Shown: positions 16,671-31,054, counted from the first letter of the stretch. The stretch is 64,000 nt of DNA from Octopus sinensis (GCF_006345805.1 NC_043003.1:45570001-45634000); one strand, 5' to 3'. Notes: generated by a model not told the origin, from the sequence alone. Translations and numbers: made by a program.

Positions 16671-18563
16671 TTGATAAAAACAATAACAATGACAATTGTT
16701 TTTTCTAAGTAGTCGATTACATCAACCTCAGTTCATAACTGGTACTTTAGTAATACTCTATTCGTCTTATTGCCACAAGCGTAACAAAATATATGGATGC
16801 GTGTTTATGATCGAAACGTGGACGTGGAGTTACATTTAAATGTAGGAAAATATGTAGGAGAAACAGAAAAATGATAAACACAATATACAAATGAATGCTT
16901 GAATTGTCTCCCACCGCAGAGAGGTGAACCAGCACTGAGAACCAATCAGGTAAGCGCCAAGATCCATGATTACCGTGATTAACAAGAGCCAGTGTCGTCT
17001 CCCAGCTGTTATTTCCCGGTCTACATGACCCTGCTTAAAGTAGATCCATTTACCTGGATCACGCTCATCATTTTCGTAATTGTTGTTCCCCTACTTTAGT
17101 GCCCTTGTGGCAAATAAAAGAAATTTGTACATTATTTCGTTCCTTATTTTAACGAACCGGGAGGAAGGAAAGACAAATTTGACCCTGAGAGGAATTAAAC
17201 TCAAAACTTAAAGAGGCTGAAGAAATACGGCAAAGCAAGAAATCATTCCTTGAGAAGATTCCGGGCGCAGTTTGCAGAATGATCAGTGGGTTAGTATTAC
17301 AAAAAGAAAATAATAAAGTGAATCATATAAAAAAAAAATGAGAGGAATATGCATGCTAGACACCAGGCCTCTGTATAGTATCTAACTGGTATTTTATTTT
17401 ATCGATCTAGGATTGATAAAAGCCAAATCGACCTTTATGAATTTTCAAGTCATGGAAATAAAAGTACCGGTAACTAATGGATCATATGCTGGTTTCCATG
17501 AAGAACGCGATGTAAACAGCTGAATAAGCCACATTATACACGTGTACCCTCAACGCAGTACTCATATGAAATCAACAAGAGAAGGCTGATACTTTGACTT
17601 ACAGACACAGACCATTCGACAGGCTTCAACACTCAAATTTCACTCTTAGTGACCATTTAGACCCGAGGCTCCAGGAAAACACTGATCCTCAATAGAGTGC
17701 GGAGGTTATTCAACCGAAGCTTCATGGTCGAGAAGCTAAATTCTTGACTAGTCAGGGCCTCAACTGTAACTGAGTATTTCCTCCGACGATCAACTGATAC
17801 AGCGATTCCTCTACATAACAATTTCTAAGTTTGTAATAAACCACAATTTAGAAGGGAAAGGTTGGGGATATCCATCTTAATACTTCACAGGTACAAAAAA
17901 CATAGGGGCTTTTTTGCGGTCGCCTTGATCGCCTAGAATCAGTACCCGGATTTCACTAAAACTGTACGCTAAGGTTTTAAAAACGGGACGCTGGATTTTA
18001 TGCATAAGGGAAAAAGAAGGACCGGTTATAGTTTATGGTTGGGGAGCGCTTGATAAAAGGACTTGCTCTAGCAGGGTCGAATTCCAACTGAGCAATACCG
18101 ACAATAAATACGACGACGACGAAAACAACAACAACAATAACAACAGATATTGCATATAATGATTTCTAATAAAGCAAAAAGCTGCATAACTTGGTTGGGT
18201 AGATACACTCATCTTTAGTCACAGGGGTACTTATTGGGTAACTTATCGACCATTGAGTTATGAAATACACAGCCGACTCGGCATGGTCTTAAAACATATA
18301 TACATAGATTTTTAAACTACATATTTTAGCGGGTGTGGGAGGAGGTGCAAAATGAAACGTCTGTATGCGCGTATGTGTACATGTACATGTGGACAGAACA
18401 ATGCATGGATGGATGGATGGATGGATGGATGGATGGATGGAAAGCAGTTTTGACCCGTGTTACAGGAACTCAGAAGCGTATGGAAATAAAAGGATATTAA
18501 ACTAATATGATAACTCGTATTATACTACGGGGGGTGGGTTTGTCAAACTAATAACTGTTGCAG

Positions 18564-18566
18564 ATA

Positions 18567-18611
<45 letters not shown>

Positions 18612-18709
18612 ATGATGATGATGATGATGACGACGACGACGACGACGACGGTGATGATGATGACAATGATGACAATGACGATGATGACGATAAAATTGAT
18701 AATGATGAC

Positions 18710-18744
<35 letters not shown>

Positions 18745-18795
18745 CGATGATGATGATGATGACGATGATGACATTGATAATGAAGACGATGACAT

Positions 18796-18834
<39 letters not shown>

Positions 18835-18845
18835 CAATGATGATT
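18564..18845. repeat. (ATG/GAC)n trinucleotide microsatellite
   Basis: Direct inspection. Confidence 0.95.
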
Positions 18846-19514
18846 CGTACGATACCTTAACCAAAATCACGTGGTAAATCCCAGCAAAAATTCAGTATTT
18901 ATAAATAATAATATCCTGGTGCCAAAACACAATTTTTAGAATGGCACTGTTGTATTGAAAGGATATTTTGTTAAGAATGTTTACATGGCACTTATACATA
19001 CATACAAGTAAAATATGCATATTATTATTATACATACATAAATTTGGGTATATTTGTGTTTATTTGTGTGTGTATGTGTGTGCGCATGATTACATGTGTT
19101 ATGAATCTCTACGTTTGTGACAGCGCGTGCGCGCGTTTGTTTATAAGTTATAGAATTTTACGCTAGAAATCAGCATGCTTCATCCTTACTCACGTGTTAT
19201 GCATTTCTCTCGTTCATTCACCCATTCATTATTCTCTCTCTCTCTCTCCCTCAATACATACAAACATATATACATACATGCATTTTATATGTGTGTGTGA
19301 GAGAGAGAGTATGGAAATATATGTTTATACGTGTGTATGTGTGTGCATTTATTTACGTAGAATGTTAATGTAGACAGATATATACATCAATACCTTATGC
19401 GTGAAGGCAAACATGCACACATATACACACATACATACAAACACATACATAGATGCATACATACATAAATATATATACACATATATATGAGAAACAATTA
19501 TGTGAGAGTGCGCA

Positions 19515-19641
19515 GATAGATCCGTAGATAGATAGGTAGGTAGGTATATAGATATATATATATATAGAGAGAGAGAGACAGAGAGATAGACAGAGATAAA
19601 CAGACAGACAGACAGACAGACAGATAGATAGATAGATAGAT

Positions 19642-19677
<36 letters not shown>

Positions 19678-19737
19678 AGAGAGAGGCAGACAGATAGATA
19701 GACAGACAAACAGACAGATAGATAGATATATAGATAA

Positions 19738-19801
<64 letters not shown>

Positions 19802-19883
19802 ATAGATATATAGACAGACAAACAAGCAGATAGACAGACAGATAGACAGACAGACAGATAGATAGACAAATAGACAGACAGAC

Positions 19884-19956
<73 letters not shown>
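19515..19956. repeat. (GATA)n/(GACA)n compound microsatellite; similar blocks at ~10580, 11530, 21620, 40560, 41770 and 59120
   Basis: Direct inspection. Confidence 0.95.
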
Positions 19957-19957
<1 letters not shown>

Positions 19958-20754
19958 ATTTACCTACACATGTGTTTCTGTGAATATATTTTGGAATCTA
20001 TATGTACCCACATGGTTGTGTACATATGTATTTATGATACCATATATATATATATATATATATATATATCCACGTGTATGTATGTATATATTATCTGTAT
20101 ACACACATGTATAACCGTGTGTGGAAGTGTGTCAATGTTTGTGCATATCACAGTTAGTTGTGTGACCTTTCAATATAGTAACACGGTGGTGCCGTTGTTT
20201 TCGTCCAGTGGTTGTGCATGGCAAGCTGACGAGATGGCGAGACAGGAGAGTAAATGAAACCGTTTTCATTCAGACGGAATCCACTGACAAACTCTTGGCA
20301 AGGCACCAGGACGGAGTAGTGGTGGTGATTTTTGTTGGCTTATAACAGCAGCAGCAGCAGCAGCATTGGCGGCGGCGTGAGCAGCAGCAGCAGTAATAGC
20401 ACATGTGTTTGGTTGGCAGGCGACCGGAGTCTAGAGTCGTGGGAGTGTGGAGATTAAAATTATGAGAGAGTAAGTTAGTGAAAGTACAGAGGGAGTGAGA
20501 GTGAGGGGAAGAGAGGAGAAAGAAAAGGAAAGCGAGGAAGAAAAGGAGGGAGAGAAAGTGAGAGAAAGAGGGCAGGGGAGAAGACTGTTTGAAGAGGGAT
20601 CGGTTACTTGGCTTTTCTTGGATGAAATAAGCTGAAGTTTCAGAGCTGTGTTACAGAGCTGTGTTACAGTTCAACGTACAATTATGTATGTACGTATGTA
20701 TGCATACATGTATGTATGTATATATGTATCAATCTATGTAAGAAAGTATATATA

Positions 20755-21154
20755 GGCGCAGGGGTGGCTGTGTGGTAAGTAGCTTGCTAACCAACCACAT
20801 GGTTCCGGGTTCAGTCCCACTGCGTGGCATCTTGGGCAAGTGTCTTCTGCTATAGCCCCGGGCCGACCAATGCCTTGTGAGTGGATTTGGTAGACGGAAA
20901 CTGAAAGAAGCCTGTCGTATATATGTATATATATATAATATATATATGTGTGTGTCTGTATTTGTCCCCCTAGCATTGCTTGACAACCGATGCTGGTATG
21001 TTTACGTCCCCGTCACTTAGCGGTTCGGCAAAAGAGACCGATAGAATAAGTACTGGGCTTACAAAGAATAAGTCCCGGGGTCGAGTTGCTCGATTAAAGG
21101 CGGTGCTCCAGCATGGCCGCAATCAAATGACTGAAACAAGTAAAAGAGAGAGAG
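20755..21154 (+). mobile_element. tRNA-derived SINE family A (internal (TA)n/(TG)n), full length
   Basis: A-box-like GTGGCTGTGTGG, B-box-like GGTTCAGTCCC, internal microsatellite, and tail CAAATGACTGAAACAAGTAAAAGAG. More than ten homologues occur in the window. Confidence 0.85.
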
Positions 21155-21522
21155 TCTGTACTAATCGTCATTGTTTTAGTGATACCGGTGTGTGCCCGTA
21201 TGTACCTGTCCCGTTATAATTTGTGTTGTTCTAATTTTATGCAGAATTAATTTGAAAAAAAAAAAAAATTACAGTATCATTGAAAAGCTAAAAAATTTAT
21301 GCCTCCTGTCTAGTAAACTTTTTATAAGTATACCTATTCCCTTTTCTCTATCCCCAACTCACGCCAGCATGGAAAACGGACGCTAAATGAAATGATGATA
21401 TACACATGGCTGTGCGTGTGTGTGCATTTGTGTGTGTGTATTTGTGTGTGTGTGTGTGCTTATACATATATATATAAGCACACACATATATATATATACA
21501 TATATATACATTACATATATGC

Positions 21523-21553
<31 letters not shown>

Positions 21554-21646
21554 TATACATATACATACATATATATTTATTTATATTTATTTATATATAT
21601 ATATATTATATTCATAGACAAGATAGATGGATAGACAGACAGACAA

Positions 21647-21715
<69 letters not shown>

Positions 21716-22314
21716 GATAGAGAGAGAGAGGGAGAGAGAGAGAGAGAGAGACAGACAAATAGATAAATACATACATACATGCATACATACATACATACAC
21801 ACATGCATGCTTACATACATACATGCATATATACATGCATACATAGAATGCTAGATAGACAGATATGTTTACTGAGGAATACATGTGCAAATTGCTGTCA
21901 GATTCTAACGTCTCTTATTAAATAAGTAATGACGATAAAGTTTTTTACAATTTTTATTGTTTTTCTAATAGTTTGTGAGTCAACACGGTTGAAGAGAACG
22001 ATATATCTGTTTGTCTATCTGTCGGTCTGTCTGACTACAAGTCGCACATTCTATCTCACATGTTACTCATTCTCTTTTCCATTACTCTAAATTAATATGT
22101 TGAAATGATGTATGTATCCCCCCCCCACCAACTACCCACTCGTGCGCATACACACACGCAAACACACACACACGCGCGAACATTCTTGCACACCTAGACA
22201 TAAGCGCATTTACGCATGTACATACATAGTTTCTCTCTCACACATACACACACACACACATACACACACACATATCCATATACACATACGCACATACACA
22301 CAGAATTATATATA

Positions 22315-22363
<49 letters not shown>

Positions 22364-22513
22364 TATATGTGTGTGTATTTATATATACATATATATATGT
22401 GTGTATTTATATACATATATATATAATATATATATATATATGTATATATATGTATATATATATATATGAATTTATATATATGAATTTATAAGTCTGTGTG
22501 TGTGTGTATGTAC

Positions 22514-22545
<32 letters not shown>

Positions 22546-22547
<2 letters not shown>

Positions 22548-23520
22548 AGAGTAGATCGTATACGAGTGGGTATATATTTGTAAAAAAGAAGTTTGAACAC
22601 GCCACTATATTAGATAAATTTTTATTTTCTTATGAATTTTACATGTTTCGGTTCTTGAAAAAACGAACCTTATCAAAAATATTATACAAAGTGAAAATTG
22701 AAAAGTTCATAATCGTTTCTTACTGTTCTCAATAGAATCCATGTGGTGGTGTTTTGTCGGTAGATGGTATAATCGCTATATTCCTGTTGAGTGTATTGAA
22801 GAAGTCCATTATTGTTTCTTGCTGGTATTAAAAGGAACCGCTTTTTTGTTACCTTGTGTTCCAATGGTAGCAACAGTAGTGATTGTTGGTCGTAGTAGTT
22901 GGTCGTAATTTTGGCAACCTATATATATATAGGCAAATTTGTTGTTGAAAATGTACGAAAATTTGAAAAACTTAAATTGTCTAAGATAACATAACTTTTT
23001 TAAAATAAAATTTCTTTACATATATACGAAACTAATTTCAACAATATTTTTTTGTTTACCAATGTTAATAATTTAGAATTATGAATTTGAAAAATATCTT
23101 TTATCTAATTAAAATGTTTATAACAGACAAATTTATAATTATGAATTAGAAAAACATGTTCAAAAATTTCGATGTTGACAAGTACAAGTGTTCATAGCAG
23201 TCAACAATATTAAAGCTATGCATCAATTTGCTTGAATGTACGAAGCTCATTAGTGTTAGTAGTGAACGACAAGAAATAAACATCATCAAAGTTTTAGTCA
23301 TATTGAGTTAAGAGGGAAAAAAGAAGGGAGAAATTAAGACAGTAAAAAAGGGATTTGGTTTACAATTTCTCTAACACTCTTGTGTAGGGAATTTCGCTAG
23401 TAACGGTATGTTTTGGAAATCGGTGTATATATAATTTTTTTCCGCGAGCGTATCTGATTTTTGATTCATAAAAGTACTGGTGAAGTCTTGTAGTTCTGGA
23501 AATGATAAACAAAATATAAT
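22546..23520 (-). mobile_element. Probable Penelope-type pLTR/3' fragment or non-autonomous hammerhead element
   Basis: Same layout as the 3' end of the 54-57 kb Penelope (AT-rich body, hammerhead, AATAAA, ~90 nt, then (TA)n), but with no recognisable ORF. The upstream boundary is uncertain. Confidence 0.45.
22636..22680 (-). ncRNA. Minimal type I hammerhead ribozyme motif (U3-A8 variant), complete
   Basis: Minus strand: ATTT-TTGATAA-GGTTC(GTTTTTTCAA)GAACC-GAAA-CATG-TA|AAAT. Predicted GUA cleavage between 22640 and 22639, followed by AATAAA and then (TA)n. Confidence 0.7.
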
Positions 23521-23896
23521 ATTGAAACTAGTTTGTATATATGTAAATAAATTTATAATACATACCTACGTCTAAATATATACATACATATGTCTATATA
23601 CAAACATACATTTACGTATGGATATATACCCTTACCTCCATATATATATATCACATGTGTGTGTGTGTGAGTGTATGCAAAAGGCTTCCCCTCAGTTTCC
23701 GTTTACCAAATTTACTCACTTGACAATGGTCAGCAAGATGATATAGTAGAAAACATTTACAAAATGCCCACATATATGCATATATGTGCATATATGTGCG
23801 TGTGTGTGTATGTGTGTGTGTGTGTGTGTTTGTGCGTGCGTGTGTGTGTGTGTGCGCGCGTACGTGTATGTATGTATGTATGTATGTATGTATGTA

Positions 23897-24193
23897 CGCG
23901 CGTGGCTTAGTGGTTAGGGCATTCGGCTCACGATCGTAAGATCGTGTGTTCAATTCCTGGCGACGTGTTGCAAGACACTTTATTTCACATTGCTCCAGTC
24001 TACTCAGCTGTCAAAAATGCTTAGTACCTGTATTTCAAATGACCAATCTTGTCACACTGAATCTTCCTAGAAACTACGTTAAGGGTACACGTGTCTGTGT
24101 AGTGCTCAGCCACTTGCACGTTGCTTTCACGAGGAAGCTGTTTTGTTGATCGTATCAGCTGGGTCCCTCGTCGTCGTAACCGACGGAATGCTC

Positions 24194-24194
<1 letters not shown>
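23897..24194 (+). mobile_element. tRNA-derived SINE family C
   Basis: TGGCTTAGTGG and GTTCAATTCC boxes, central CAAGACACTTTATTTCAC domain, and tail GTCGTCGTAACCGACGGA. Homologues at 29349-29659(+) and 11742-12030(-). Confidence 0.8.
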
Positions 24195-24227
<33 letters not shown>

Positions 24228-25432
24228 TGTGTGTGTGTGTGTACATACATACGCTTGGGGGAATAACTTTGCGTCCATTTCTTCCATCTCCACGCTTTAT
24301 GTAACATAATTTTTGGGCGTTTGTTTTGCAAATTTCTTGATATGAAAACCCTTGTTCAAACAGGTGTTGCTAGAGAGAGAGGGGGAGAGAGGGAGAGAGA
24401 GAGAGAAAGAGAGGGGCTAGGGAGGGAGACGACAGGGAGGCAGACAGACATAGAAAATAGATAGACATGTGTATGTAGGTATATGTGTGTATATTTTTAA
24501 AAACAGTTCTGCGTTAACGCCTTTATTATTCTCTATCCTTTTTAAGTAGGGATGTAATATATTTGCTTCAATCACTGCAATTTTCTTGCTTCCATATTCT
24601 AAAACCGATTTTCTTGCTGCCATGATTCATCTGCCAGCTGATAGCGATATTGCAAAACGCATAAATCCCGTGATGTCAAAATGACTAAACTTAGAGATTC
24701 CGAAATTATAGATCGATAAAATAAGTACCAGAGAATTGTGGTGGATATGATTGTCAAAATGCCCCAAGGCAGTGCCTGCAGTGTGTATGCTGCCCAGTAA
24801 ATAAAACCCAGTAAAAGGATATATATTTTGTGCGATGGCTAGATTTTGTTCTAAACGCCTTCATTAATCCCAGCTTATCAGAAGTCAGCAGTCGTTATTT
24901 TCCTCCCGAACAAGGAATTTTTTTTCTGTCTTCAACACAGACGTTCATTGTAACCATATCGATTTCCTCAGACCATGTGGGAAGATTAGCAGATGTCAAT
25001 TGGTCACTGGTACAGCCAACTCCCTTTACCTATATATATGTATATATATGTGCGCATATATGTGGGTGTGCATATATGTGTGTGTGCATACGGTTCATAT
25101 ATACATACATGCATACATACAAATATACTTATACACTTTCTCTCCCTCACACACATACATATGGGGCAAGGAATGAACATGAATGTTTAGGGTGAGACAA
25201 ATAGAAAGGAATGCAAAGAGACATATTTTAGCAAAGTATAATGTCATATTTAGTATAAGGAGGGTATACTTATCCAAAATGACACATTATATTATTATAT
25301 TACATTGACCTTTCGATGGATATTTAAATACACCAAATATGAACTCAACATAGTCACCATACTTGTTTGCACTTTGAAACTACCAAAGTGTCTACATCGT
25401 ATATCATCTCGTGTGCATGCGTGTTTCTGCCT

Positions 25433-25856
25433 ACACTCTTTTACTCTTTTACTTGTTTCAAGTCATTTGACTGCGGCCATGGTGGAGCACCGCCTTTAGT
25501 CGAGCAAATCGACCCCAGGACTTATTCTTTGTAAGCCTGGCAGTACATATTCTATCGGTCGCTTTTGCCGAACCGATAAGCTACGGGGACGTAAACACAC
25601 CAGCATCGGTTGTCAAGCGATGTTGGGTGGGACAAACACAGACGCACAAACATATACATACACACACATATATACATATATATATAAATATATATATGCA
25701 TATATACGACGGACTTCTTTCACTTTCCGTCTACCAAATCCACTCACAAGGCTTTTGTTGACCCGAAGCTATTGTAGAAGGTGCCTCGCAGTGGGACTGA
25801 ACCCGGAACCATGTTGTTTGTAAACAAGCAACTTACCGCACAGCCACTCCTACGCC
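25433..25856 (-). mobile_element. SINE family A
   Basis: Reverse-complement homology to family A. An oppositely oriented 3' half follows at ~26005-26215. Confidence 0.8.
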
Positions 25857-25974
25857 TATGTGTGAGTTTGCACGCCAGTTCTTAAGTGTATAGTTCTAAA
25901 TATATAACGTCTCCTAACTATACACATATCTATACCTATATAACCATCTATCAGTTTATATATGGTGCGGAGAT

Positions 25975-26013
<39 letters not shown>

Positions 26014-26786
26014 TCCCACCACTACCGCTGGACAACAAGTATTGGAGTGTATACGTCCCCTTAACTTAGCAGATCGCCAAAATTTTCAGAAAATATGTGC
26101 CAGGATTAAGAAGTAAACAAAAATGTAGTTGGGTCGATTCATTCGACTAAGATTATTTAAGACTGTGCCCCAGCATGGCCTCAGTCTGCTGAGTAAAACA
26201 AATGAAAGAAAAAATGAACACACACACACACACACACGCATTTACATCTATGTACTTAGTACATATGTATATATATATATATGTATGTATATATATATAT
26301 ATATATGTGCATATGTGTGTGTGTATACACACATACATGCATATACATACATACATACATACATACATAAATACAAACACACACACACATACATACATAC
26401 ATACATACATACATACATACATACATACGTACATACATACATACATACATACATACATACATACATACATACATACTTTTATTTTATAAATTTTACAGGA
26501 CTCTCGATTAATCGTTTGATTCTAGAATTGTTAGAGGTTTTCGGTTTATGGCATAATTTTTTTTTTTTTTTTTTGTAATGTTACTCTTTTGGGTTATCTA
26601 ATTGCTGAAAATAGTTTTTATGAGAGCGTCGTGAGTAACCTTGTTAATTTAACGATATAGGCTAAATACAATGTATACATACACATACACACTCAATTAT
26701 ATATATATGTATCGAAATATGTTGAAATCATTTGATACCTACGTTTAAGCGCTGCGTATCATATAATATGAAAAGCATACAGTACT

Positions 26787-27176
26787 GGTGGAAGCACTCC
26801 GTCGGTTACGACGACGAGGGTTCCGGTTGATCCGAATCAACGGAACAGCCTGCTAGTGAAATTAACGTGTAAGTGGCTGAGCACTCCACAGACACGTGTA
26901 CCCTTAACGTAGTTCTCGGGGATATTAAGCGTGTCACGGAGAGTGACAAGGCCGGCCCTGTGAAGTACAGGTACAACAGAAACAGGAAGTAAGAGTGAGA
27001 GAAAGTTGTGGTGAAAGAGTACAGCAGTGATCACCACCATCCCCTGCCGGCGCCTCGTGGAGCTTTTTTATGTGTTTTCGCTCAATAAACACTCACAACG
27101 CCCGGTCTGGGAATCGAAACCGCGATCCTGTGACCGCGAGTCCGCTGCCCTAACCACTGGCCATTGCGCCTCCACT
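26787..27176 (-). mobile_element. SINE family C variant with 10-bp TSD
   Basis: tRNA-like head GGAGGCGCAATGGCCAGTGGTTAGGGCAGCGGACTCGCGG...GTTTCGATTCCC. TSD ATACAGTACT at 26777-26786 and 27177-27186. Confidence 0.88.
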
Positions 27177-27216
27177 ATACAGTACTAAGACCTTCTTTAA
27201 TGAATTAAAATCATTT

Positions 27217-27289
<73 letters not shown>

Positions 27290-27326
27290 CGCGCGCGCGC
27301 GTGTGTGTGTGTGTGAGTGTGACAGA

Positions 27327-27390
<64 letters not shown>

Positions 27391-27970
27391 AACAGAGAGA
27401 CTAGGGCTACGAGCTGGCAGGATCATATTAGCACGCCGGACAAAATGCTTACAAGCGTTTCGTATGTCCCTATGTTCTGAGTTCAAATTCAGCCGAGGTC
27501 GACTTTGCCTTTCATTCTATCGGCATTGATAAAAAAAATACCAATTGAACACTAGCATAGATGTAATCGATATACTCATGTCACTCAAAATTGTAGCCTT
27601 GTGCCAAATTCTAAAACCAATATATAAATATATGAATGCCTGTTTGTTTGTATGTATGTATGTATGTATGTATGTATGTATGTATGTATGTATGTATGCA
27701 TGTATGCATGTATGTATGTATGTATGTATGCATACATGTATGTATGTATGTATGTATGTATGTATGTATGTATGTATGTATGTGTGTAATATATCTGAAT
27801 ATATGTAGGTGTGACTGTGTAGTAAATAGCTTGCTTACCAACAACATGATTCTGGGTTCAGTCCCGCTGCGTGGAACCTAGGGCAAGTGTTTTCTACTAT
27901 AACCTCGAGGGACCAAAGCTTTGTGAGTGGATTTGGTAGACGGAAGCTGACAGAAGCTCGTTGTATATAT

Positions 27971-28013
<43 letters not shown>

Positions 28014-28749
28014 TCACACACACGCACACTTACATACACACGCGAACACGTGCATATATGCGACAGTCTTGTTTCGATTTACGGCTAACAAAAAAAAAAA
28101 AACTCACAATGTTTTCATCGGCCGGACGCTATTGTAGAAGACCCTTGCCCTAGGCGTCACGGAATGGGACTGAACTCGGAACCATGTGGCAGACTTCTTA
28201 CAACACAGCCACACACATTTCCATCCATATCTAAATTTCCCAAAACTGTGCCCAGAGCTCGTGCGGCTTGCAAACAGTGTTACAATCGTTGAAACAGTTT
28301 AAAATAAATCTATCTGAACACACAATCCAACGTAAATTAGTCAGAGACTCTCAATGGGTCATTTCCTCTATAGGCCTTCCTATCTCCGGGTCGTTGAAGT
28401 TCGGCCAATATGTTTCTGCAACAAACTACAGATGTCGAAATTGAAAAACATGACGCTTTTGAGACTAAGACGAAGAAAGCTTTTCATATAAAGCTTATCT
28501 TATTAAAAGATGTGTAAGACCTCAGAGAACACCCAATCCAAAACGTGAATAAAAAATCCATGGTAAAAATCGTTGAAAGTACTTTCACCACTTGTTCACG
28601 AAATATTGAAGCAATTTGCCTCACCGATTTTTGGTTTTTCACAAATTTGCTGATTTTCAGTTCAATGAAGACCGGAAAGTTTGGGAAAAACAGTCCAATG
28701 GACGCTGCAAATATTTACCCTCCAGCTGGTTTTGCTCAACATCAAACTA

Positions 28750-29170
28750 ATTTAGTTACTTAATTTTTTGGCTCAAAAAGCAAAAAGCAAGGCCATGTAG
28801 GGGGACATGGAGTTATGTACAGGGTGGTTTTCATGCAAAGAGTTCAGGCCATTTGTGGTCAAGGGAGACTTTGAACCGAGCAGTCGTCGGCATCTTCACT
28901 ATCTCGTCCGGCAGCTTATTCCACGGATCTGCAACCCGGACGGAGAAAGCCCCTCTCCTTCGACTGAGATGAAAACGTCGCAGATAGAGCTTTTCGGAGT
29001 GACCCCGCAGTCGACGCTCTGGAGCAGGAGTGAAGAACAGCTCTTCCGAGAGGTTACACTTTCCGCTTATGATGTTGTGAGCAACAATGAGATCACCACG
29101 GTGTCGTCGTTTTTCTAGAGAATAAAGGTCGAGCGTCTTCAGCCTTTCTTCATAAGACGTGCAATCAGTT
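28750..29170 (-). mobile_element. CR1-clade LINE 3' fragment
   Basis: SYEERLKTLDLYSLEKRRHRGDLI...RGHSEKL...FSVRVADPWNKLP..FKVSLD is the typical CR1 ORF2 C-terminus, followed by a short 3' UTR. Confidence 0.85.
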
Positions 29171-30958
29171 ATCAGTTCGCTTGCTGGACTCATGTCCTGT
29201 AAAGACTGCATCTTCCTCAGAAATCTGATTCATTGCTGAACTTCTTGAAAGAGTACGAAATGACAAACATTTACAGGCAAATGTCACAAAAATGAATCGG
29301 CCTCAATTTTTCTCTTCTTTGACTTGATATCCACGCTGAAGTGGAAGTTGCGTGGCTCAGTGGTTTGGATATTAGGCTTACGATCTTAAGGTCGCGAGTT
29401 CGATTCCTGACGTGCATTGTGTACTTGAAGAAGACACTTTATTTCACATTGCTCCTGTCCACTAGATGACAAAAATGAGCTTACCTTAAATTCAAAGGAG
29501 TCTTATCACATTCTGTGTCACACTGAATCTTCCTTAGAACTACGTTAACGATACACATGTCTGTGGAGTACTCAGCTACAGGTACGTTAAAATCATTATT
29601 AGGATATTCTATTGATCAAATCAAGTAGAACCATCGTCATCGTAACCGAAGGAGTGCCAGTTTTTATCCGCACTGAGATAAATTGAAACCTACATTACAC
29701 AGATTGGCATCACCTTTCTTTCCCTAGAACTCGTAACATTAATGATGCACCATGAACTGAGCCATTGCGCTTCTTGAATCGCTGCATTTTGGTGAAAAAT
29801 ACTCCCGCGGCATTTTCTAGATATTCAACTGCTAGCATGTTTAGCACGTAGGCTTGGCAGTGGATACAGGCCCCGCTTCAGCACCGGCAACGCATTTACC
29901 CAGGCCCGAAACGCCATCAGTATGACACAATACTGGACATTAGCATCAACAGAGTTCAGTACTGACCGCACGCAGAGGCTGTTCAATAAGCGCTTCACTG
30001 ATAACCTTGTCAAAAATAGTCCGGAACATGTGAAAGTTACCAGGTTTCGAAATGTTTATCATCTTATTTACACTTCAAGTGAAATAGCTTGGCTTAAACT
30101 ATTCTTGAACTGTTTCTTTTTGATGATTGATCTCATGACAGACAGTTACTCGATCTTTCTGGATGTCGTGATGCTACAACTTTAAATTTCATGACCCGCC
30201 ATTATCCACTTCCTGACGTTAGACTCGTACGTTTGATATCCTATCACATTTCCTTGCTCCTGTCCACATTATTCATACCCTCTTTGGGAAATTCGCTGTG
30301 GAGCCACTAATCATAAAACAGACGATTACGTAATACGGATTTTCATGATTGTACTTCACATGTTCATTGGCGGTCATGTATTATAAGGCGTATTTCTTTC
30401 TCTAGCATTTTCATAGACCGTTAGGCTAACAGAAACTACCCAATTATCTATCTATTCGTTCCATCATTCCTTCCATCTTTCATCCATCCATCCACTCACT
30501 CAAAATCCACCTATCCATCTATCCAACCACGAGAAAAATACTCGCAAGGTTGTATGGTGAGAAATATTAATCATTTTTTTATCGCAAAACTTAAGAGAAA
30601 CGAGACCATTTGTAATTTTTCTAATAGACGTTTTCTCGTCAGAAAGGTTATTTCTTATTCTACACATGTCCGTCAGTTGTTGCATGAATATTTTGTTGTA
30701 AATGTTAATTTTATATTTTCGAATGTAAAGTGAAAATTATAATTATAGAAAATAAAAAAAAAACTTTCTCACTTAATTCATGGAGTTGGGTGTTTGTTGA
30801 TGGTATATGAAATATATATGCGTATACGTGTTGATATATGTATGTGTGTGTGGGGGGGATATAAACAAATTGACGGTTTATGCGGTGTCAGGTAGTGATG
30901 GTGGACCGAGAAGTGTGACGTGGATTTTGCCGTTGTGGCCTGGGTGGGAACCCGCCCA

Positions 30959-30972
30959 TAATAATAATGATG

Positions 30973-31053
<81 letters not shown>

Positions 31054-31054
31054 T

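Noticed and set aside
18558-18870. Poly-Met and poly-Ser ORFs
   Set aside because: (ATG)n microsatellite.
27090-27175. tRNA-like sequences here and at 23897, 29349, 60130-60206 and 60452
   Set aside because: They are SINE heads: they continue into shared SINE bodies, have TSDs, and lack a proper acceptor stem.
29660-30400. Moderately GC-rich unique block, possibly a decayed transposase or exon
   Set aside because: No recognisable motif, splice pair or ORF could be supported.
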